In this document: positions 49,855 through 64,000 of the stretch, in pieces
Numbering within the stretch: position 1 is the first letter of the stretch
How the letters are laid out: each line of letters begins with the position of its first letter
From: Eledone cirrhosa
Lineage: Eukaryota
Direction: 5' to 3'
NCBI GenBank assembly: GCA_964016885.1
Contig: OZ024744.1
Coordinates: forward strand, 9,486,001-9,550,000
DNA length: 64,000 nt
The notes under the pieces: generated by a model
Seen by the model: only the letters and a program-made list of their open reading frames with translations
The model's database searches: none
Told to the model about the DNA's origin: nothing
Translations under genes and position numbers: made by a program

Positions 49855-51170
49855 AATGGTGACACAGCCTCAGAGGTGACCTGGTGGCAGTGGCCAGCAA
49901 ATCTTACCTTCCTTTTACAGACAACAACAGATATGGGTCGGAGGCTGGCATATCTCTCTCTCAATGGTGACACAGCCTCAGAGGTGACCCGGTGTCAGTC
50001 AACAGCAAATCTTACCCTCCTTTTACAGACAACAACAGATATGGGTCGGAGGCTGGCATATCTCTCTCTCAATGGTGACACAGCCTCAGAGGTGACCTGG
50101 TGTCAGTCAACAGCAAATCTTACCCTCCTTTTACAGACAACAACAGATATGGGTCGGAGGCTGGCATATCTCTCTCTCAATGGTGACACAGCCTCAGAGG
50201 TGACCCGGTGGCAGTGGCCAGCAAATCTTACCCTCCTTTTACAGACAACAACAGATATGGGTCGGAGGCTGGCATATCTCTCTCTCAATGGTGACACAGC
50301 CTCAGAGGTGACCTGGTGGCAGTGGCCAGCAAATCTTACCCTCCTTTTACAGACAACAACAGATATGGGTCGGAGGCTGGCATATCGCTCTCTCAATGGT
50401 GACACAGCCTCAGAGGTGACCCGGTGGCAGTGGCCAGCAAATCTTACCCTCCTTTTACAGACAACAACAGATATGGGTCGGAGGCTGGCATATCTCTCTC
50501 TCAATGGTGACACAGCCTCAGAGGTGACCTGGTGGCAGTGGCCAGCAAATCTTACCCTCCTTTTACAGACAACAACAGATATGGGTCGGAGGCTGGCATA
50601 TCTCTCTCTCAATGGTGACACAGCCTCAGAGGTGACCCGGTGGCAGTGGCCAGCAAATCTTACCCTCCTTTTACAGACAACAACAGATATGGGTCGGAGG
50701 CTGGCATATCTCTCTCTCAATGGTGACACAGCCTCAGAGGTGACCTGGTGGCAGTGGCCAGCAAATCTTACCCTCCTTTTACAGACAACAACAGATATGG
50801 GTCGGAGGCTGGCATATCTCTCTCTCAATGGTGACACAGCCTCAGAGGTGACCTGGTGGCAGTGGCCAGCAAATCTTACCCTCCTTTTACAGACAACAAC
50901 AGATATGGGTCGGAGGCTGGCATATCTCTCTCTCAATGGTAACACAGCCTCAGAGGTGACCCGGTGTCAGTCGCCAGCAAATCTTACCCTCCTTTTACAG
51001 ACAACAACAGATATGGGTCGGAGGCTGGCATATCTCTCTCTCAATGGTGACACAGCCTCAGAGGTGACCCGGTGGCAGTGGCCAGCAAATCTTACCCTCC
51101 TTTTACAGACAACAACAGATATGGCTTGGAGGCTGGCATATCTCTCTCTCAATGGTGACACAGCCTCAGA
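49855..51170. repeat. 108-bp tandem array (~12 units) amplified from within a minus-strand RTE-like LINE 3' fragment (49700-51215)
   Basis: The unit encodes RRVRFAGHC; the flanks continue the LINE (HLDGTYTRLL; AMNDR). Confidence 0.92.
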
Positions 51171-51329
51171 TTGAAGCAGGCGAGTGTAAGTGCCATCAAG
51201 GTGTTTGGACATATAATGATGATGATGTTTCTTAGGTCCTGTAATCTATATGTTTTTCTTCTTTTCCTATCTTCGAAGCATGTGACATGTCTGTATGTAT
51301 ATATGGATATATGTATGTACGGGAGAGTT

Positions 51330-51735
51330 GACCCCTTAGCCTGTGCCAAGGCAGAATTCTAGGAGAAGGAAATCTCTGATATAACACCTGCAACCCTCAT
51401 GGTATCCAATGATGTTGACTTGTTCTTCTTTTTGGTAAATATCATCTTGGTCAAGAGAGTGGGACTGGCTTTGTGCAGTGCCTTTGCTCACTATAAAAGC
51501 TTCACGACACAGGCATTGCTTTATATCTGGAGATCTCTCTGCACTTGTCGTCACATGGTACCATGGGCCCAGCACTATGTGTCAATAATTGTCACAAGTG
51601 TAGTGTTTGTACCAGAGTTTTCAAGTTGCTGGGTGGACTAAAAAGTCACACTCGTTCAGCGCATCGGTAGGGGTTCTCCTACATGTATATAAAGTAGTGG
51701 CCGTACTCGAAAACGAGTTGGCAGCCACCATGTAT
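51330..51735 (-). repeat. Inverted copy of the 8921-9452 repeat
   Basis: Reverse-complement match. Confidence 0.8.
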
Positions 51736-51767
51736 ATATGTATGTATGTATGTATGGATGGAGGGAT

Positions 51768-54700
51768 CACCCTTTCTCCTACACTACACCACACCACCAC
51801 CCTTCCTCCTACACCACACCACAACCCTTCCTCCTACACTACACCACACCACCACCCTTCCTCCTGCACTACACCACACCACCACCCTTCCTCCTACACT
51901 ACACCACACCACCACCCTTCCTCCTGCACTACACCACACCACCACTTTCCTCCTACACTACACTACACCACACCACCACCCTTCCTCCTACACCACACCA
52001 CAACCCTTCCTCCTACACTACACCACACCACCACCCTTCCTCCTACACTACACCACACCACCACCCTTCCTCCTGCACTACACCACACCACCACCCTTCC
52101 TCCTACACTACACCACACCACCACTTTCCTCCTACACTACACCACACCACCACCCTTCCTCCTACACTACACCACACCACCACCCTTCCTCCTACACTAC
52201 ACCACACCACCACCCTTCCTCCTACACTACACCACACCACCACCTTCCTCCTACACTACACCACACCACCACCCTTCCTCCTACACTACACCACACCACC
52301 ACCCTTCCTCCTACACTACACCACACCACCACCCTTCCTCCTACACTACACCACACCACCACCCTTCCTCCTACACTACACCACACCACCACCTTCCTCC
52401 TACACTACACCACACCACCACCCTTCCGCCTATACTACACCACACCACTACCCTTCCTCCTACACTACACCACACCACCACCCTTCCTCCTACACTACAC
52501 CACACCACCACCCTTCCTCCTACACTACACCACACCACCACCCTTCCTCCTACACTACACCACACCACCACCCTTCCTCCTACACTACACCACACCACCA
52601 CCCTTCCTCCTATACTACACCACACCACCACCCTTCCTCCTGCACTACACCACACCACCACCCTTCCTCCTACACTACACCACACCACCACCCTTCCTCC
52701 TACACCACACCACCACCCTCCTGCACTACACCACACCACTACCACCCTCCTGCACTACACCACACCACCACCCTTCCTCCTACACTACACCACACCACTA
52801 CCACCCTCCTGCACTACACCACACCACCACCCTTCCTCCTATACTACACCACACCACCACCCTTCCTCCTGCACTACACCACACCACCACCCTTCCTCCT
52901 ACACTACACCACACCACCACCCTTCCTCCTACACCACACCACCACCCTCCTGCACTACACCACACCACTACCACCCTCCTGCACTACACCACACCACCAC
53001 CCTTCCTCCTACACTACACCACACCACTACCACCCTCCTGCACTACACCACACCACCACCCTTCCGCCTATACTACACCACACCACAACCCTTCCTCCTA
53101 CACTACACCACACCACCACCCTTCCTCCTACACTACACCACACCACCACCCTTCCTCCTGCACTACACCACACCACCACCCTTCCTCCTACACTACACCA
53201 CACCACCACCCTTCCTCCTGCACTACACCACACCACCACCCTTCCTCCTACACTACACCACCACCCTTCCTCCTGCACTACACCACACCACCACCCTTCC
53301 TCCTACACTACACCACACCACCACCCTTCCTCCTACACTACACCACACCACCACCCTTCCTCCTATACTACACCACACCACCACCCTTCCTCCTGCACTA
53401 CACCACACCACCACCCTCCTGCACTACACCACACCACCACCCTTCCTCCTACACTACACCACCACCCTTCCTCCTGCACTACACCACACCACTACCCTTC
53501 CTCCTACACTACACCACACCACCACCTTCCTCCTACACTACACCACACCACCACCCTTCCTCCTACACTACACCACACCACCACCCTTCCTCCTATACTA
53601 CACCACACCACTACCCTTCCTCCTACACTACACCACACCACCACCCTTCCTCCTACACTACACCACCACCCTCCTGCACTACACCACACCACTACCACCC
53701 TCCTGCACTACACCACACCACCACTCTTCCTCCTACACTACACCACACCACCACCCTTCCTCCTACACTACACCACACCACCACCCTTCCTCCTATACTA
53801 CACCACACCACTACCCTTCCTCCTACACTACACCACACCACCACCCTTCCTCCTACACTACACCACACCACCACCCTTCCTCCTACACCACATCACACCA
53901 CCACCCTTCCTCCTACACTACACCACACCACCACCTTCCTCCTACACCACACCACCACCCTTCCTCCTGCACTACACCACACCACCACCCTTCCTCCTAC
54001 ACCACACCACCACCCTTCCTCCTACACCACACCACACCACCACCCTTCCTCCTATACTACACCACACCACTACCCTTCCTCCTACACTACACCACACCAC
54101 CACCCTTCCTCCTACACCACACCACACCACTACCCTTCCTCCTACACTACACCACACCACTACCCTTCCTCCTACACTACACCACACCACCACCCTTCCT
54201 CCTACACTACACCACACCACCACCCTTCCTCCTACACCACACCACCAGGCTTCCTCCTACACTACACCACACCACCACCCTTCCTCCTACACCACACCAC
54301 ACCACCACCACCCTCCTACACTACACCACACCACTACCCTTCCTCCTACACTACACCACACCACCACCCTTCCTCCTACACTACACCACACCACCACCCT
54401 TCCACCTACACTACACCACACCACCACCACCCTCCTGCACTACACCACACCACCACCCTTCCTCCTACACTACACCACACCACCACCCTTCCTCCTACAC
54501 TACACCACACCACCACCCTCCTACACTACACCACACCACCACCCTTCCTCCTACACTACACCACACCACCACCCTTCCTCCTACACTACACCACACCACC
54601 ACCCTTCCTCCTACACTACACCACACCACCACCCTTCCTCCTACACCACACCACACCACCACCCTTCCTCCTACACTACACCACACCACCACCCTTCCTC

Positions 54701-57700
54701 CTACACTACACCACACCACCACCCTTCCTCCTACACTACACCACACCACCACCCTTCCTCCTACACTACACCACACCACCACCCTTCCTCCTACACTACA
54801 CCACACCACCACCCTTCCTCCTACACTACACCACACCACCACCCTTCCTCCTACACTACACCACACCACCACCACCCTCCTGCACTACACCACACCACCA
54901 CCCTTCCTCCTACACTACACCACACCACCACCCTTCCTCCTACACTACACCACACCACCACCCTCCTACACTACACCACACCACCACCCTTCCTCCTACA
55001 CTACACCACACCACCACCCTTCCTCCTACACTACACCACACCACCACCCTCCTACACTACACCACACCACCACCCTTCCTCCTACACTACACCACACCAC
55101 CACCCTTCCTCCTACACTACACCACACCACCACCCTTCCACCTACACTACACCACACCACCACCCTTCCTCCTACACTACACCACACCACCACCCTTCCT
55201 CCTACACTACACCACACCACCACCCTCCTACACTAAACCACACCACCACCCTTCCTCCTACACTACACCACACCACCACCCTCCTACACTACACCACACC
55301 ACCACCCTTCCTCCTACACTACACCACACCACCCTTCCTCCTACACTACACCACACCACCACCCTCCTACACTACACCACACCACCACCCTTCCTCCTAC
55401 ACTACACCACACCACCACCTTCCTACTACACTACACCACACCACCACCCTTCCTCCTACACTACACCACACCACCACCCTTCCTCCTACACTACACCACA
55501 CCACCACCCTTCCTCCTACACTACACCACACCACCACCACCCTCCTGCACTACACCACACCACCACCCTTCCTCCTACACTACACCACACCACCACCTTC
55601 CTCCTACACTACACCACACCACCACCCTTCCTCCTACACTACACCACCCACCACACCACCACCCTTCCTCCTACACTACACCACACCACCACCCTTCCTC
55701 CTACACTACACCACACCACCACCCTCCTACACTACACCACACCACCACCCTTCCTCCTACACTACACCACACCACTACCACCCTCCTACACTACACCACA
55801 CCACCACCCTTCCTCCTACACTACACCACACCACTACCACCCTCCTACACTACACCACACCACCACCCTTCCTCCTACACTACACCACACCACTACCACC
55901 CTCCTACACTACACCACACCACCACCTTCCTCCTACACTACACCACACCACCACCCTTCCTCCTACACTACACCACACCACCACACCACCACCCTTCCTC
56001 CTACACTACACCACACCACCACCCTTCCTCCTACACTACACCACACCACCACCCTCCTACACTACACCACACCACCACCCTTCCTCCTACACTACACCAC
56101 ACCACTACCACCCTCCTACACTACACCACACCACCACCCTTCCTCCTACACTACACCACACCACCACCCTTCCTCCTACACTACACCACACCACTACCAC
56201 CCTCCTACACTACACCACACCACCACCATCCTCCTACACTACACCACACCACCACCCTTCCTCCTACACTACACCACACCACCACCCTTCCTCCTACACT
56301 ACACCACACCACCACCCTTCCTCCTACACTACACCACACCACCACCCTCCTACACTACACCACACCACCACACCACCACCCTTCCTCCTACACTACACCA
56401 CACCACCACCCTTCCTCCTACACCACACCACACCACCACTCTTCCTCCTACACTACACCACACCACCACCTTCCTCCTACACTACACCACACCACCACCC
56501 TTCCTCCTACACCACACCACACCACCACTCTTCCTCCTACACTACACCACACCACCACCCTTCCTCCTACACCACACCACCACCCTTCCTCCTACACTAC
56601 ACCACACCACCACCCTTCCTCCTACACCACACCACACCACCACCCTTCCTCCTACACTACACCACACCACCACCCTTCCTCCTACACTACACCACACCAC
56701 CACCCTTCCTCCTATACTACACCACACCACCACCCTTCCTCCTACACTACACCACACCACCACCCTTCCTCCTACACTACACCACACCACCACCCTTCCT
56801 CCTACACCACACCACACCACCACTCTTCCTCCTACACTACACCACACCACCACCCTTCCTCCTACACTACACCACACCACCACCCTTCCTCCTACACCAC
56901 ACCACACCACCACCCTTCCTCCTACACTACACCACACCACCACCCTTCCTCCTACACCACACCACACCACCACCCTTCCTCCTACACTACACCACACCAC
57001 CACCCTTCCTCCTACACTACACCACACCACCACCCTTCCTCCTATACTACACCACACCACCACCCTTCCTCCTACACTACACCACACCACCACCCTTCCT
57101 CCTATACTACACCACACCACCACCCTTCCTCCTACACTACACCACACCACCACCCTTCCTCCTACACTACACCACACCACCACCCTTCCTCCTACACCAC
57201 ACCACACCACCACTCTTCCTCCTACACTACACCACACCACCACCCTTCCTCCTACACTACACCACACCACCACCCTTCCTCCTACACCACACCACACCAC
57301 CACCCTTCCTCCTACACTACACCACACCACCACCCTTCCTCCTACACCACACCACACCACCACTCTTCCTCCTACACTACACCACACCACCACCTTCTTC
57401 CTACACTACACCACACCACCACCCTTCCACCTACACTACACCACACCACCACCCTTCCTCCTACACTACACCACACCACCACCCTTCCTCCTACACTACA
57501 CCACACCACCAGGCTTCCTCCTGCACTACACCACACCACCTTTCCTCCTACACTACACCACACCACCACGCTTCCTCCTACACTACACCACACCACCACC
57601 CTTCCTCCTACACTACACCACACCACCACCTTCCTCCTACACTACACCACACCACCAGGCTTCCTCCTGCACTACACCACACCACCACCCTTCCTCCTAC

Positions 57701-60700
57701 ACTACACCACACCACCACCTTCCTCCTACACCACACCACACCACCAGGCTTCCTCCTACACTACACCACACCACCTTTCCTCCTACACTACACCACACCA
57801 CCTTTCCTCCTACACTACACCACACCACCACCCTTCCTCCTACACTACACCACACCACCACCCTTCCTCCTACACCACACCACACCACCACCTTCCTCCT
57901 ATACTACACCACACCACCACCCTTCCTCCTACACTACACCACACCACCACCCTTCCTCCTACACTACACCACACCACCACCTTCCTCCTACACCACACCA
58001 CCAGGCTTCCTCCTACACTACACCACACCACCTTTCCTCCTACACTACACCACACCACCTTTCCTCCTACACTACACCACACCACCTTTCCTCCTACACT
58101 ACACCACACCACCACCCTTCCTCCTACACTACACCACACCACCACCCTTCCTCCTACACCACACCACACCACCACCTTCCTCCTATACTACACCACACCA
58201 CCACCCTTCCTCCTACACTACACCACACCACCACCCTTCCTCCTACACTACACCACACCACCACCTTCCTCCTACACCACACCACACCACCAGGCTTCCT
58301 CCTACACTACACCACACCACCTTTCCTCCTACACTACACCACACCACCTTTCCTCCTACACCACACCACCACCCTTCCTCCTACACTACACCACACCACC
58401 ACCCTTCCTCCTACACTACACCACACCACCAGGCTTCCTCCTACACTACACCACACCACCTTTCCTCCTACACTACACCACACCACCATCCTTCCTCCTA
58501 CACTACACCACACCACCACCCTTCCTCCTACACTACACCACACCACCTTTCCTCCTACACTACACCACCACCCTTCCTCCTACACTACACCACACCACCA
58601 CCCTTCCTCCTACACTACACCACACCACCACCTTCCTCCTACACTACACCACACCACCAGGCTTCCTCCTGCACTACACCACACCACCACCTTCCTCCTA
58701 CACTACACCACACCACTACCCTCCTACACTACACCACACCACCACCCTTCCTCCTACACTACACCACACCACCAGGCTTCCTCCTACACCACACCACACC
58801 ACCAGGCTTCCTCCTACACCACACCACACCACCACCTTCCTCCTACACTACACCACACCACCACCTTCCTCCTACACCACACCACCAGGCTTCCTCCTGC
58901 ACTACACCACACCACCACCTTCCTCCTACACTACACCACACTACCACCCTTCCTCCTACACTACACCACACCACCACCCTTCCTCCTACACCACACCACA
59001 CCACCACCCTTCCTCCTACACCACACCACCACCCTTCCTCCTACACTACACCACACCACCACCCTTCCACCTACACTACACCACACCACCACCCTTCCTC
59101 CTACACTACACCACACCACCACCCTTCCAACTACACCACACCACCACCACCCTCCTACACTACACCACACCACCACCCTTCCTCCTACACCACACCACCA
59201 CCCTTCCCCCTACACTACACCACACCACCACCCTTCCTCCTACACCACACCACACCACCACCCTTCCTCCTACACTACACCACACCACCACCACCCTCCT
59301 ACACTACACCACACCACCACCCTCCTACACTACACCACACCACCACCCTTCCTCCTACACTACACCACACCACCACCCTTCCACCTACACTACACCACAC
59401 CACCACCCTTCCTCCTACACTACACCACACCACCACCCTTCCAACTACACCACACCACCACCACCCTCCTACACTACACCACACCACCACCACCCTCCTA
59501 CACTACACCACACCACCACCCTCCTACACTACACCACACCACCACCCTTCCTCCTGCACTACACCACACCACCACCCTTCCACCTACACTACACCACACC
59601 ACCACCCTTCCTCCTACACTACACCACACCACCACCACCCTCCTACACTACACCACACCACCACCCTCCTACACTACACCACACCACCACCCTTCCTCCT
59701 ACACTACACCACACCACCACCCTTCCACCTACACTACACCACACCACCACCCTTCCTCCTACACTACACCACACCACCACCCTTCTAACTACACCACACC
59801 ACCACCACCCTCCTACACTACACCACACCACCACCACCCTCCTACACTACACCACACCACCACCCTTCCTCCTGCACTACACCACACCACCACCCTTCCT
59901 CCTACACTACACCACACCACCACCCTTCCACCTACACTACACCACACCACCACCCTTCCACCTACACTACACCACACCACCACCCTTCCTCCTACACCAC
60001 ACCACACCACCACCCTTCCACCTACACTACACCACACCACCACCCTTCCTCCTACACCACACCACACCACCACCCTTCCTCCTACACTACACCACACCAC
60101 CATCCTCCTACACTACACCACACCACCAACCACGCTCCTGCACTACACCACACCACCACCCTTCCTCCTACACTACACCACACCACCACCCTTCCTCCTA
60201 CACTACACCACACCACCACCCTTCCTCCTACACTACACCACACCACCAACCACCCTCCTGCACTACACCACACCACCACCCTTCCTCCTACACTACACCA
60301 CACCACCACCCTTCCTCCTACACTACACCACACCACCACCCTTCCTCCTACACTACACCACACCACCACCCTTCCTCCTACACTACACCACACCACCACC
60401 CTTCCTCCTACACCACACCACCACCCTTCCACCTACACTACACCACACCACCACCCTTCCTCCTACACCACACCACACCACCACCCTTCCTCCTACACCA
60501 CACCACCACCCTTCCACCTACACTACACCACACCACCACCCTTCCTCCTACACCACACCACCACCCTTCCACCTACACTACACCACACCACCACCCTTCC
60601 TCCTACACTACACCACACCACCACCCTTCCTCCTACACCACACCACCACCCTTCCACCTACACTACACCACACCACCACCCTTCCTCCTACACCACACCA

Positions 60701-63700
60701 CACCACCACCATCCTCCTACACTACACCACACCACCACCCTTCCTCCTACACTACACCACACCACCACCCTTCCTCCTACACCACACCACCACCCTTCCA
60801 CCTACACTACACCACACCACCACCCTTCCTCCTACACCACACCACACCACCACCATCCTCCTACACTACACCACACCACCACCCTTCCTCCTACACCACA
60901 CCACACCACCACCATCCTCCTACACTACACCACACCACCACCCTTCCTCCTACACTACACCACACCACCAACCACGCTCCTGCACTACACCACACCACCA
61001 CCCTTCCTCCTACACTACACCACACCACCAACCACCCTCCTGCACTACACCACACCACCACCCTTCCTCCTACACTACACCACACCACCACCCTTCCTCC
61101 TACACTACACCACACCACCACCCTTCCTCCTACACTACACCACACCACCAGGCTTCCTCCTACACTACACCACACCACCACCCTTCCTCCTACACTACAC
61201 CACACCACCACCCTTCCTCCTACACCACACCACACCACCACCCTTCCTCCTACACTACACCACACCACCAGCTTCCTCCTACACTACACCACACCACCAC
61301 CCTTCCTCCTACACTACACCACACCACCACCCTTCCTCCTACACTACACCACACCACCACCCTTCCTCCTACACTACACCACACCACCACCAGGCTTCCT
61401 CCTACACTACACCACACCACCACCATCCTCCTACACTACACCACACCACCACCCTTCCTCCTATACTACACCACACCACCACCCTTCCTCCTACACCACA
61501 CCACACCACCACCCTTCCTCCTACACTACACCACACCACCACCCTTCCTCCTACACCACACCACCACCCTTCCTCCTACACTACACCACACCACCACCCT
61601 TCCTCCTACACTACACCACACCACCACCCTTCCTCCTACACTACACCACACCACCACCCTTCCTCCTATACTACACCACACCACCACCCTTCCTCCTACA
61701 CCACACCACACCACCACCCTTCCTCCTACACTACACCACACCACCACCCTTCCTCCTACACCACACCACCACCCTTCCTCCTACACTACACCACACCACC
61801 ACCCTTCCTCCTACACTACACCACACCACCACCCTTCCTCCTACACCACACCACCACCCTTCCTCCTACACTACACCACACCACCACCCTTCCTCCTACA
61901 CTACACCACACCACCACCCTTCCTCCTACACTACACCACACCACCACCCTTCCTCCTATACTACACCACACCACCACCCTTCCTCCTACACCACACCACA
62001 CCACCACCCTTCCTCCTACACTACACCACACCACCACCCTTCCTCCTACACTACACCACACCACCACCCTTCCTCCTACACTACACCACACCACCACCCT
62101 TCCTCCTATACTACACCACACCACCACCCTTCCTCCTACACCACACCACACCACCACCCTTCCTCCTACACTACACCACACCACCACCCTTCCTCCTACA
62201 CTACACCACACCACCACCCTTCCTCCTACACTACACCACACCACCACCCTTCCTCCTACACTACACCACACCACCACCCTTCCTCCTACACTACACCACC
62301 ACCCTTCCTCCTACACTACACCACCACCCTTCCTCCTACACTACACCACACCACCACCCTTCCTCCTACACTACACCACACCACCACCCTTCCTCCTACA
62401 CTACACCACACCACCACCCTTCCTCCTATACTACACCACACCACCACCCTTCCTCCTACACCACACCACCACCCTTCCTCCTACACTACACCACACCACC
62501 ACCCTTCCTCCTATACTACACCACACCACCAACCACGCTCCTGCACTACACCACACCACCACCCTTCCTCCTACACCACACCACACCACCACCCTTCCTC
62601 CTACACTACACCACACCACCACCCTTCCTCCTACACCACACCACCACCCTTCCTCCTACACTACACCACACCACCACCCTTCCTCCTACACTACACCACA
62701 CCACCACCCTTCCTCCTACACCACACCACCACCCTTCCTCCTACACTACACCACACCACCACCCTTCCTCCTACACTACACCACACCACCACCCTTCCTC
62801 CTACACTACACCACACCACCACCCTTCCTCCTATACTACACCACACCACCACCCTTCCTCCTACACCACACCACACCACCACCCTTCCTCCTACACTACA
62901 CCACACCACCACCCTTCCTCCTACACCACACCACCACCCTTCCTCCTACACTACACCACACCACCACCCTTCCTCCTACACTACACCACACCACCACCCT
63001 TCCTCCTACACTACACCACCACCCTTCCTCCTACACTACACCACACCACCACCCTTCCTCCTACACTACACCACACCACCACCCTTCCTCCTACACTACA
63101 CCACACCACCACCCTTCCTCCTACACTACACCACACCACCACCCTTCCTCCTACACTACACCACACCACCAACCACCCTCCTGCACTACACCACACCACC
63201 ACCCTTCCTCCTACACTACACCACACCACCACCCTTCCTCCTACACTACACCACCACCCTTCCTCCTACACTACACCACACCACCACCCTTCCTCCTACA
63301 CTACACCACACCACCACCCTTCCTCCTACACTACACCACACCACCACCCTTCCTCCTACACCACACCACACCACCACCCTTCCTCCTACACTACACCACA
63401 CCACCACCCTTCCTCCTACACCACACCACCACCCTTCCACCTACACTACACCACACCACCACCCTTCCTCCTACACCACACCACACCACCACCCTTCCTC
63501 CTACACCACACCACCACCCTTCCACCTACACTACACCACACCACCACCCTTCCTCCTACACCACACCACCACCCTTCCACCTACACTACACCACACCACC
63601 ACCCTTCCTCCTACACTACACCACACCACCACCCTTCCTCCTACACTACACCACACCACCACCCTTCCTCCTACACCACACCACCACCCTTCCACCTACA

Positions 63701-64000
63701 CTACACCACACCACCACCCTTCCTCCTACACCACACCACACCACCACCATCCTCCTACACTACACCACACCACCACCCTTCCTCCTACACTACACCACAC
63801 CACCAACCACGCTCCTGCACTACACCACACCACCACCCTTCCTCCTACACTACACCACACCACCAACCACCCTCCTGCACTACACCACACCACCACCCTT
63901 CCTCCTACACTACACCACACCACCACCCTTCCTCCTACACTACACCACACCACCACCCTTCCTCCTACACTACACCACACCACCACCCTTCCTCCTACAC
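51768..64000. repeat. 30-bp C/A-rich minisatellite, >12 kb, runs off the window
   Basis: Unit CCTTCCTCCTACACTACACCACACCACCAC with 25-29-bp variants; almost no G on the + strand. Confidence 0.98.

Noticed and set aside
49747-51174. 475-aa repeat protein as a BRE1 exon or novel gene
   Set aside because: Antisense reading of a tandemly amplified LINE fragment; no supporting splice context.
51607-59788. 1209-aa and 2680-aa His/Thr/Pro-rich ORFs
   Set aside because: They arise from a stop-free 30-bp repeat; all frames are open, indels shift the frame, and the array lies in a presumed intron.

Overview
Eukaryotic, AT-rich, repeat-dense genomic DNA. The (CAT)n-tailed RTE LINEs and tRNA-SINE families suggest a mollusc, probably an octopus; this is inference. 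The only host gene I can support is the 5' part of a BRE1/RNF20/RNF40-type E3 ubiquitin ligase on the + strand, with seven phase-consistent coding exons between 11041 and 49601; the gene continues past the window. Its introns hold RTE LINE fragments, two Tx1/L1-clade LINEs, piggyBac, mariner and Helitron relics, SINEs and several minisatellites, including a >12 kb 30-bp array at the end. Main observations: (1) A TTAA-flanked piggyBac-type non-autonomous element (35873-49452) whose interior is an expanded 72-bp minisatellite. Both Tx1 LINEs end at the same nucleotide of that repeat unit, resembling the Xenopus Tx1D/Tx1L composite system. (2) That element sits between the apparent branch point and the acceptor of BRE1 exon 7, and two truncated copies of exon 7 with intact acceptors lie upstream. 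(3) A minimal type I hammerhead ribozyme with a complete core lies inside Penelope-like palindromic elements embedded in (TA)n tracts. (4) Long inverted repeats bracket exon blocks. All coordinates were read by eye, so repeat boundaries are approximate.
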